From: a virus
Lineage: Duplodnaviria > Caudoviricetes
Strand: one strand, 5' to 3'
DNA: 64,000 nucleotides
Virus record (IMG/VR): IMGVR_UViG_3300032225_000686
In this document: piece by piece, positions 56,246 through 64,000 of the stretch
Numbering within the stretch: the stretch's first letter is position 1
How the letters are laid out: each line of letters begins with the position of its first letter
Notes under the pieces: model-generated
Database searches by the model: none
What the model saw: the letters and a program-made list of their open reading frames with translations, nothing else
What the model was told of the DNA's origin: nothing
Program-made: the position numbers and the translations under genes

Positions 56246-56613
56246 ATTGGGATTAGACTGGGTTAACTGGTGGCTGGACCAGCCGGTGGCTATGCGGTCT
56301 CGCCCGATTCAACTTTAAAACTAAACTTCGGGAATGTGGGGGCGTGGGAGCGGGAACAACAAAATGCGATCTGCGAAAAAATTCAAGGTATGGGTTGACT
56401 TCCCCAGAAAACGACCCCCCTGTTTTAGTTTTGCGAGCGGCGGGTTCCCATCCAAGCAAGGGCCGAGTGCCGAGAAAATTATGGAGTCCGCAGGTTCGCC
56501 CAAATAAAGACCCCCCCCCCTTTAATCCACCTCGTTGATTTCAGTTGCCCCGAAATGCCTTTTACCCCCGAGGTAAAAATCTTCCAAAAACAGGTCTGAT
56601 CCTAAATATCATC

Positions 56614-56916
56614 ATGCCAAAACAAACACAGCAAAACGATCCCTCCAACTATCCCTTCAAAGGTCGTTTCCCTTTCAGTACAGAACTAGAATATGAATTG
56701 TCCCCCTTTGCTCGTAACTTTGCATGTTTTACAAATTGCTATAGCGAGTTCACCAAAACAAATCCAGAACCATCAGTAGGTTGTACTGAAAGTAGCGGTA
56801 AGATAAAGAACCCACTTCCCCAAGAGTGTGCTCAATGGGATGGGAAGAGAAGACTACACATCAGCAAGTGTAGAGACCTTTGCTCATTCTATGGAACACC
56901 TACGGGTAATCAGTAA
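56614..56916 (+). CDS. Cys-rich late protein (MPKQTQ N-terminus)
   Basis: CTAAATA at 56602, 5 nt before ATG; C-x3-C pairs. Confidence 0.65.
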   Translation: MPKQTQQNDPSNYPFKGRFPFSTELEYELSPFARNFACFTNCYSEFTKTNPEPSVGCTESSGKIKNPLPQECAQWDGKRRLHISKCRDLCSFYGTPTGNQ

Positions 56917-56945
56917 AACTAAAGGAATCCTTGGAGGGAGTTGTT

Positions 56946-57380
56946 ATGGCAAAACAATCTCAAATCAATACCGGTGTTGTTAGTAAATCATTCCCCTCAT
57001 CAAGCGGGTTGCCTACTGACCCGAATGGGTTCATCTCTTCTAACTGTGCCTTGAGCGTTGGTGGGTCTTGTTCTCAATGCAGCAACTACTTGTCCTGTAT
57101 GTCCCCAAAGGTTAGAGAGTACATCAACAGTTTTCCTTTGTCGGTAAGTAGTGGTCAACCCGTACTAGCAATAGGAGATTTAAAAAACTTTGTCATCGCT
57201 CATTGTAGAGACTGCTATGACATATGCCGTTCCTATCCCTGCTCCTCTATCCCCACCACGAACACATCAACCCTGACCGATTCTCCTAGTTTTTCCAACA
57301 ACCCAAATTCAGGTTATGTCTTAGATGCAACACGGCTAATGTACGGATTGGTTTCTAGATTTGGAAAGTTGAAAACCTAA
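56946..57380 (+). CDS. Cys-rich late protein (MAKQSQ N-terminus)
   Basis: GGAGGGAG RBS; CxxC motifs. Confidence 0.65.
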   Translation: MAKQSQINTGVVSKSFPSSSGLPTDPNGFISSNCALSVGGSCSQCSNYLSCMSPKVREYINSFPLSVSSGQPVLAIGDLKNFVIAHCRDCYDICRSYPCSSIPTTNTSTLTDSPSFSNNPNSGYVLDATRLMYGLVSRFGKLKT

Positions 57381-57390
57381 ATATCTAACC

Positions 57391-57780
57391 ATGAAGTCCT
57401 TTCGCCAACACATCTCTGAAATGTTTGTGACTTGGGAGGAACTAGGCCGCCTTGAGCGAGTCCTTGATTCCATGTTTGCTCAGGTTGGATTGGACATCGG
57501 ATTCACCAAGCACTTTTGGGAACGCATCAATGGTAGTCGAATGTATGGCGGAACGGTCAGCATCATGGACATCAAAGACGCATTTCAAAAAACCTTTCAA
57601 CGCTATGCCAAGCAAATAGCAGCAAAGCCAGTTGATTGGAAGGCAGTCATCAACGATGTAACCAAAGGTCTCAACATGCCTTTCACTCTCTCATGGGACA
57701 GAGTAGGCAAGCGTATGGTGATGTTGACTGCCATGAAGAAGCATGACTTCAAGACTCCAGACCCCAAACTCAAGGTGTAA
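57391..57780 (+). CDS. Putative internal head protein (FTKHF-x-ER, possibly RNase-like)
   Basis: CTAAATA at 57377; MKSFRQHISE. Confidence 0.65.
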   Translation: MKSFRQHISEMFVTWEELGRLERVLDSMFAQVGLDIGFTKHFWERINGSRMYGGTVSIMDIKDAFQKTFQRYAKQIAAKPVDWKAVINDVTKGLNMPFTLSWDRVGKRMVMLTAMKKHDFKTPDPKLKV

Positions 57781-57785
57781 AAAAA

Positions 57786-58511
57786 ATGGCGAAACAGATT
57801 CAATTCTCGGGATTGTCGATGATACCTCCAACAGCCGTGGAGTGCACAGAAGATGCGGGCGGTATTGGCACGGATGTTGTGTATTCTATGGTGGGAGACA
57901 AAAGAGTAACACAGACTACTCAAGCAAAGAAGCCTTGCCCACCACCAATATTTCCCCCAAAAGGAATGACCCAACAAGATTGGGAAAGATTCAAGAAGGG
58001 TCTATGTTGGGCAGAGAGTGATCCGGATTGCCCGTGTTGTGATAATAAGGTTGGTACTGCTAATGATGTTGGAAGATATCAATTCACCCCTCTTGCCGTT
58101 TACGACATCTACAAGTACTACTGCGAAGATTGTAAAACTGATAGATGCAAACAAGGTTGTGCAGAACTAAAGGCTATATGCCCCGATGTAAAAAAAGATT
58201 CCTCTTGTGCAAGTAAGCAGGATGTAGCAGATAAACTTCTTGAACTATGGTCTGGTGGTAGATGGTATCCTGATATAGAAAGAAAACAGGGCGAAAGTGA
58301 TTGGCAATACTACCACAGGATTCTAGGGATTTTCCATTGTGGTAAACCGTCTAAACTTTCCTGTGCAGAGTATGGTCCGCTGCCTCCTCTCACAACTCCC
58401 GGACAGAACTACTTTATAAAGTTCTGGTGTGAATATAAGAGGAACGGGGGAACAGGACCAGATCCTACGGGTTGGAATCAGGATTGGTGCAAGCCCAAAG
58501 GCAACAAGTAA
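57786..58511 (+). CDS. Cys-rich protein with i-type/SLT lysozyme-like motifs (MAKQIQ N-terminus)
   Basis: LCWAES...DVGRYQFT...YD...RILGIFHCG. Confidence 0.55.
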   Translation: MAKQIQFSGLSMIPPTAVECTEDAGGIGTDVVYSMVGDKRVTQTTQAKKPCPPPIFPPKGMTQQDWERFKKGLCWAESDPDCPCCDNKVGTANDVGRYQFTPLAVYDIYKYYCEDCKTDRCKQGCAELKAICPDVKKDSSCASKQDVADKLLELWSGGRWYPDIERKQGESDWQYYHRILGIFHCGKPSKLSCAEYGPLPPLTTPGQNYFIKFWCEYKRNGGTGPDPTGWNQDWCKPKGNK

Positions 58512-58535
58512 TCGGAGAATTTATAGGGGTCATCC

Positions 58536-58820
58536 ATGAAAACCTACCGTGAACTATCCGAGTCTCTTCGTGAATCAACTCTTGCCGACAACGGTAGAGT
58601 TCAGGTTCACTATGATTCAACCAACGGCAAGGGGCAACCAATGACGGTGATAGCAACCGTTCCCCCTGTGCAAGAGCCAGAGATAAATAACAAGTATGAT
58701 ATGATTCGCTATGTAGAAAAGTACATCAAGTCCATGAAGTCCAAAGGCATCATCAAGGGCAACTACGAGGTAGTCTTCCCTGACAGTCCGAAATGGTACA
58801 AATGGGGAGGTCAAAAATGA
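58536..58820 (+). CDS. Putative internal head protein
   Basis: MKTYRELSESLRE N-terminus. Confidence 0.65.
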   Translation: MKTYRELSESLRESTLADNGRVQVHYDSTNGKGQPMTVIATVPPVQEPEINNKYDMIRYVEKYIKSMKSKGIIKGNYEVVFPDSPKWYKWGGQK

Positions 58821-59659
58821 AGAACTATTTTGAATTCATGCAGCAACTCAACGAGGTCGCTAAGGGCGGAACAGTCCCTTGGGCAGGCAAGACACGCGGT
58901 CCTTACGATAAGGCTAAGGGCGGTAGAGACATGTTGGCAGGTATTGAAGCCGACGCTAGACTCTATGCTCAACGCATGAAGGAGATGCAACCCATCTTCG
59001 CAGCGATTGATGACTACAAGGCAGGCAAGCCTATTGAGCCAACCATGATGAAGCAGATTGAACCTTACATCAAGCAGTTGGGCATTCAGCGTGGCACTCC
59101 AATAGCCGGTCTTGCTGCAAAGCCCGTAGTTGCTAGCCGTCCTCCATTCAACTGGGATAGAAGTGGAGCAGGTTGGTGGCATCCGACCAAGCAATGGTTC
59201 CGCTTCTCCCATGATGGTGCAAACTACCATGTGACACAGGTCTACAAGACTCCTGAGAAGTTTGGCATCACACACAACGAGGTTAGAGCAGTCATCAAAG
59301 AGTATCTACAGAAGAACCGTGACTATGCATACACCGACAAGATAAACAGCAAGAGGATGACATTAGAACAAGCCGTGATTGGTCTAGGAGAGGACATCCG
59401 CAACGGTTATAGAGACATCTTCAGACCACTTCAGAAGTATGTCTACAATCGTGGATGGCTCAAGATCTATGGTGGGCATGACTGCTACATGGAAGGAACC
59501 ATGCAGTCCTCATACAAGGCGGCGATGCGTGAGATCATCAAGGCTTACGGTAACAAGACAGAGTACAATGTTGAGATTGCAAACTATGGTCCTCATGATG
59601 AGTACCCAGATAGTAAGAACTACAACAGGCAGTCTTCCCGCGAGCAGTTCGCTTCATAA
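58817..59659 (+). CDS. Putative internal head protein
   Basis: GGAGG RBS; MKNYFEFMQQLNE. Confidence 0.7.
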   Translation: MKNYFEFMQQLNEVAKGGTVPWAGKTRGPYDKAKGGRDMLAGIEADARLYAQRMKEMQPIFAAIDDYKAGKPIEPTMMKQIEPYIKQLGIQRGTPIAGLAAKPVVASRPPFNWDRSGAGWWHPTKQWFRFSHDGANYHVTQVYKTPEKFGITHNEVRAVIKEYLQKNRDYAYTDKINSKRMTLEQAVIGLGEDIRNGYRDIFRPLQKYVYNRGWLKIYGGHDCYMEGTMQSSYKAAMREIIKAYGNKTEYNVEIANYGPHDEYPDSKNYNRQSSREQFAS

Positions 59660-59665
59660 TGATAC

Positions 59666-61171
59666 ATGGTAAGGTTCAAGTCATTCATTTCTGAGTCCAA
59701 AGGTGTTCAGCCCAGTCGTGTTACGGCGGGGGAGATCATCTTCACGGACAGGCAGAACAATGTGTGGCTTGCAACCGAGTGGCACTACTTCAAGCGGTTT
59801 CTAGACCCCAACAGCAAGAACGAGAACCCCGAGTATCTGCGGGCGGCGCAGATGGCTAGCACCCTTGTCGGTGGTCAGAAGACGAACCCCAAGGGCATCG
59901 TCGTTATCAAGTTGACCAACGACAACAACGCTAGCGTAACTCTCATTCGCTATACCACTACACCCGAAGCCCCAAGCAAGATCGGCAACGAGGAGTTCTC
60001 GCTGGCGGGCTATGAGCGTAGGACCAAGATGGGAGGTCAACTGTCTAGACTATCATCTAGTGATTTCCTCTTGGGTCATACTAAGGTTGAACCACTTCGC
60101 GTTTCAGACAACAACATCCAACACTACATCTTCTATAATGCCAACAGTCTCCGCGACACAATCATTCGCAACATGCAGTCAAGCAAGTTCAATGTGCTGC
60201 GTGAGCCATCGGTGATCCAAGCAACAAAGGAGTTCTTGGATGGTGGAGCAAGACACTTTGATTGGTCCAAGGTTGGTCAGTTAATGAACCAACAGGACCG
60301 TATCAAGTTTGGCATCTACCTCGCATCAGAGTTAGGCTATGCCTTTTGGATTCTCGCAGGTCACAGCATCGGCAAGTTCCCCGGCATGTCCACCATCAAG
60401 TTCTTCGCCGTACCAAGGGACAACACCAACACATCTTATGATTCCTACCTTCGTGGTGTACTCAAGGGTGGTTCGGGTATCGCAAACCTCATGGTGTCCT
60501 CCAAGACGATTGCAGGCAAGAAGGGTGGAGCAAGGTCAACGATCCTCCCTGCTCTCAACGGCATGGCAAAGAGCATGACTGACTACAACACACTCAACAA
60601 TAAGTTCTTGGTTGCTATGCTTCCATACTTCAAGGAGAGTGCAACGGGTGGCAGAACAATCTACCCGTTCATGATTGAGAAGGTGCTTGGACTCAAGGGA
60701 GCAATCCCTGATCCTGTTGTGTTTTGGAACCGCATCTGCAAGTTGCACGGCAAGCGTAAGGGCAACCTATCAGAAGCAGAGATGGCAGAACTAGAGAAGC
60801 AAGTTGTCGCGGTGCAGAAGAAAGTTGCATCGGGTGTCATGCTGTTGGGTATCAACAAGACAGCACCACTCAATCACAACGCTGCTCGCTTTCCATCTCC
60901 TCCACAATGGAAAGATTTCTCTCGCTACATCTCCGACATCTTCTGTGATGCCATCTGCTTCGGTCTAAACTTTGATGGTGCATCAGACATGAGACCAACA
61001 ATCTCATGGCAGATTGATATGGATATCCGAGAGTTCTCCCGCACGGGCATGGTGAACTACCTCATGAAGGAAGTCTCGCAAGAGATGAGGGGAATGTACA
61101 TTGACGGCGGTAAGCAATCCGCAGGCGATCCTTCACGCAACATCACATGGCTTGGGGCAAGACCACTATGA
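59666..61171 (+). CDS. Putative internal head protein with possible PD-(D/E)xK-like nuclease motif
   Basis: MVRFKSFISE; SE-x-G...P-x3-N-x2-YDS...VSSK. Confidence 0.55.
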   Translation: MVRFKSFISESKGVQPSRVTAGEIIFTDRQNNVWLATEWHYFKRFLDPNSKNENPEYLRAAQMASTLVGGQKTNPKGIVVIKLTNDNNASVTLIRYTTTPEAPSKIGNEEFSLAGYERRTKMGGQLSRLSSSDFLLGHTKVEPLRVSDNNIQHYIFYNANSLRDTIIRNMQSSKFNVLREPSVIQATKEFLDGGARHFDWSKVGQLMNQQDRIKFGIYLASELGYAFWILAGHSIGKFPGMSTIKFFAVPRDNTNTSYDSYLRGVLKGGSGIANLMVSSKTIAGKKGGARSTILPALNGMAKSMTDYNTLNNKFLVAMLPYFKESATGGRTIYPFMIEKVLGLKGAIPDPVVFWNRICKLHGKRKGNLSEAEMAELEKQVVAVQKKVASGVMLLGINKTAPLNHNAARFPSPPQWKDFSRYISDIFCDAICFGLNFDGASDMRPTISWQIDMDIREFSRTGMVNYLMKEVSQEMRGMYIDGGKQSAGDPSRNITWLGARPL

Positions 61172-62145
61172 AATCCTTTTCACAGCACATGAGTGAGAAG
61201 TTAGATCCTCGTTTGAAAGCGACGGGTTCAACCGTGAGTGCTAAAGGTATGTCACTTTGTGAGTTGCTAGCAGGCGATGAGATAGAGTTCATCAAACATT
61301 ACAACGCTCTAGTTAAATCTGGGTTAAACGATATAATGCCTACCACAAAGATAAACCCGAGAGCAGGAAACTTCATAAAAGCATTGGGACAATGGTATGA
61401 CCAAGCAGGAGGAAACAAAGATTGGTTCCTTCCTATCTTGCAGGAAGCAGCAAAGTGTCCCAACAGAGCAGCATGGACCTATTACTCAGGCAAGGTGTAT
61501 CGTGGGGTTCTCAAGAGTTTAGAGAGTGTCAACTTGGTTTTGGAAGACAAGTTGGTAAACGATCCAGTAGGTTCAGGGTTAGGACCGTTCTTGGTAGGAA
61601 CAGCAACCTACAATAGCATCTATCCAATGCAGTCATGGTCTGCAAGAGCAGATGTGACATACGAGTTTGCTAACACAAACTACACCAAAAGGTTCATGGC
61701 ATTGAAAGGCAGAAAGCAAAAGTATCCGATGATATTTGAAGCCGAACCGCCCAAGGAACAAACCTTCCTCAACGACAATACTTCAAACTTTATTGGGAGA
61801 TCTACAGAGCACGAAGTTCTTCGTATCAGCAACACACCATTAAAGTGCAAGGTGTACATATGGTATGACTCTTTTGAGAAAATGTTTTGGAATGGTTTTG
61901 TACAAACCAAAGAAGCAGAAGACCTAGCGAAGGTTATGGCAAGAGAGTTGAACAAGAAAGATCCGAAGAAGACCAAGAACGATAAGACCAAGAAGATGCT
62001 GAAGAATATCCTTTCCAAGACATTAGGTTTGGGAGATAAGGGTGCAGAGTTACTTGTGGAAGCAAAGAATAAAAGGTTCTTATACAACATCACTCGCAAG
62101 ATGACCTTTGCTTATCCTGACTTATTGAAAGGCTACCCTGTATGA
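61168..62145 (+). CDS. Putative ADP-ribosyltransferase (R-S-E type) with capsid-targeting-like N-terminus
   Basis: VYRG...YPMQSWS...EHEVLRI; MKSFSQHMSE. Confidence 0.7.
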   Translation: MKSFSQHMSEKLDPRLKATGSTVSAKGMSLCELLAGDEIEFIKHYNALVKSGLNDIMPTTKINPRAGNFIKALGQWYDQAGGNKDWFLPILQEAAKCPNRAAWTYYSGKVYRGVLKSLESVNLVLEDKLVNDPVGSGLGPFLVGTATYNSIYPMQSWSARADVTYEFANTNYTKRFMALKGRKQKYPMIFEAEPPKEQTFLNDNTSNFIGRSTEHEVLRISNTPLKCKVYIWYDSFEKMFWNGFVQTKEAEDLAKVMARELNKKDPKKTKNDKTKKMLKNILSKTLGLGDKGAELLVEAKNKRFLYNITRKMTFAYPDLLKGYPV

Positions 62146-63068
62146 AACGATTCACCGACTACATCAACGAAGCCCGTAAAGGCAAGAACGAAGACGAGCC
62201 TTGTGTTATTCCAACCATCTGTGAGTTGTTGTCTCACAAATCACCAATCGCGTTCAAAAAAATTTATAACCGCAGACCTAGTTTGATTTATGGGTTTGAT
62301 CCTGATGGAGCAGCAGAGACAAAGTGGGAGCAGGATTGTATTAGGAAGAATCGAAAGACCATAAACGACAACGAAGAATATGTTGAAGCGGTTCATTCTT
62401 GGCTTGAGAGTGTGCATGGAGCAAAGGGTGGCTTTATGAACAGAATCCTTGCTATGGGTAAATGCCCCAACAAAGGTCCGTGGGCCTGTTGGCAAGGTAC
62501 TGCATACCGTGGTCTGGGGAAGAGAAAAGAGTGGGTTCAAAAACTCAACTTCACCGGAGAGGTAATAACTAAACAAGGACGGAGACAAAATGAACAATGG
62601 CTAGTAGCACAGGGGGAGTACAAAAGCCTATACCCCGCACAGTCTTGGACAAGTGATTGGAATACTGCTCTTAGTTTCTTGTTGAGTAATGAGAATGTAT
62701 ACTCCGATATGAAATTAGGAGTCATAGTTGAGATGAAGTTGACTAGGGACAACACACTCTTCAGCCCAGACTTCATGAATGATATGGTCAAGGGGTATCG
62801 TGAGAGTGAGATCATACGAATAGGAAATGAACCAACGAAGTGTCGGATGTACATTCGCACAAAAGAGTTGCACGACACTCTAAATATGAAGATACAGTAT
62901 CCTGAAAAATTGAGAACGGGCGGTTCAGAAAAACAGCAGGAAGAATACTACATCAATCAATGGCACAAGAAGTTGGCGGTCTTTATTGGAGAGAAGAACG
63001 CAAAGAAATTGATGAGCAGCGCACAGTACTTGAAGATTGTCAAGAACTTTAGAAAGACAGACTACTGA
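62142..63068 (+). CDS. Putative ADP-ribosyltransferase (R-S-E type) with capsid-targeting-like N-terminus
   Basis: AYRG...YPAQSWT...ESEIIRI; MKRFTDYINE. Confidence 0.7.
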   Translation: MKRFTDYINEARKGKNEDEPCVIPTICELLSHKSPIAFKKIYNRRPSLIYGFDPDGAAETKWEQDCIRKNRKTINDNEEYVEAVHSWLESVHGAKGGFMNRILAMGKCPNKGPWACWQGTAYRGLGKRKEWVQKLNFTGEVITKQGRRQNEQWLVAQGEYKSLYPAQSWTSDWNTALSFLLSNENVYSDMKLGVIVEMKLTRDNTLFSPDFMNDMVKGYRESEIIRIGNEPTKCRMYIRTKELHDTLNMKIQYPEKLRTGGSEKQQEEYYINQWHKKLAVFIGEKNAKKLMSSAQYLKIVKNFRKTDY

Positions 63069-63898
63069 TGAAACGCTTCACATCATACATCCCAGAACTA
63101 TTCAGCAGTCCAACAAATCCAAACACATGGAGTAGGGTTGTTGTAAGAACAAACGACTCTGCCAACTACAAGTTCACTATGGCTTGGCTTGCTGATGGAT
63201 ATGCTTTGGCTCCAAAGTGCTGCAAAGAACTTCTCGCCTTCTATGAGAAGAACGACATCATGATTGACCTTAAGTGGAGCACGGGAGTAGGAAAAATGTA
63301 TACCTACCTCAAGGGAAGCAAGGTTCGTTCAGATGATCCTACTTCTCTTGACGGTATGTCTTACTTGGTAGGATTTACCCGACTCTCGGCTATGGGTGCT
63401 GACTACTCCGGTCTCTTCTCATTAATCAATCCTGATATACCACCAATATCTAAATCCGTGGTTTGGGACAACACTTATGAGTTGTGGTTCTCCGCAGACA
63501 ACGCTAGGGTTGGTTTCCCAAACGGCAAGTCAAAAACATTTCCTGCAAACGATCTTGGGTGGGTATGCTCTAGTGAGGACTGCTTGAAAGGAGTAGATGA
63601 TGACTTGGGTATAATGAGTGGGTCATCTGCCATCTCTGTATTCAATACTCTTCTTGCGATCATTGAAGACTTCATCAAAGTAAAACGACCATCGGCTATC
63701 ATCATCGGATCGAAGTTGGGAGCAAAGTCGGCTAGACCTGCGGTATACAAGCGTATTGCCAAGATGGCTGCTCAGAAGTTAGGTGGAACCGTGTATGATC
63801 TAGATCAGTACAGAACACCACAGGCTAGACCCGGATTGATGCACGGGGTTCTTGTCACTTTCAATGTATCAAAAGACTTCTTCGTAATGCCAAAATAA
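63068..63898 (+). CDS. Putative internal head protein
   Basis: MKRFTSYIPE N-terminus; TGATG coupling. Confidence 0.65.
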   Translation: MKRFTSYIPELFSSPTNPNTWSRVVVRTNDSANYKFTMAWLADGYALAPKCCKELLAFYEKNDIMIDLKWSTGVGKMYTYLKGSKVRSDDPTSLDGMSYLVGFTRLSAMGADYSGLFSLINPDIPPISKSVVWDNTYELWFSADNARVGFPNGKSKTFPANDLGWVCSSEDCLKGVDDDLGIMSGSSAISVFNTLLAIIEDFIKVKRPSAIIIGSKLGAKSARPAVYKRIAKMAAQKLGGTVYDLDQYRTPQARPGLMHGVLVTFNVSKDFFVMPK

Positions 63899-63917
63899 AA
63901 TCAAATAGGGGGATCAC

Positions 63918-64000
63918 ATGTACGAGTACTCAATATCAGAGGTAATAAAGGTAGTAGACGGAGACACACTAGAGGTTGTCTTTGATGTCGGCTTCAGTAT
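63918..64000 (+). CDS. Thermonuclease (SNase)-like protein, partial
   Basis: MYEY...KVVDGDT-x-EV-x2-D-x-GF; truncated by window end. Confidence 0.75.
   Translation, partial: MYEYSISEVIKVVDGDTLEVVFDVGFS

Noticed and set aside
1-64000. CRISPR array, tRNAs, introns/inteins, alternative genetic code, reverse transcriptase/DGR
   Set aside because: No regularly spaced repeats, cloverleafs or RT motifs seen; core genes are uninterrupted and translate at normal length with the standard code

Overview
A 64-kb segment of a large T4-like (myovirus) bacteriophage genome. No host genes, rRNA, tRNA or CRISPR array were recognised. 3.5-25 kb holds the T4-type core: tail fibre, gp13-gp23, two gp3-like paralogues, uvsY, uvsW, gp55, gp47 and, displaced by about 3.2 kb of inserted genes, gp46. 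The rest is accessory. (i) About a dozen late proteins start with a T4 internal-protein-like capsid-targeting peptide (MKxFxxx[ILM]xE). They include three paralogous R-S-E ADP-ribosyltransferases, a zeta-like kinase, peptidase folds and nuclease-like folds, and look like a packaged, injected effector set. (ii) Four Cys-rich late proteins share an M[PA]KQxQ N-terminus; one is i-type-lysozyme-like. (iii) A GC-rich early island (50.9-56.2 kb) encodes a MoxR/CobS-like AAA ATPase, a stand-alone copy of its N-terminal domain and a zincin-vWA partner, with three structured non-coding segments, one having its own promoter. (iv) Seven small proteins share an AR-x2-W-x2-L-x3-GW C-terminus. (v) GT2-TPR, GT11 and FkbM enzymes occur alongside pervasive G-x-T-[GAS] motifs in virion proteins. 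(vi) An orphan XhoI/PaeR7I-family endonuclease lies in a window that appears to avoid AGCT, ACGT, CCWGG and CTCGAG. Many transcripts look leaderless. All calls come from visual motif recognition; no searches or folding programs were run.
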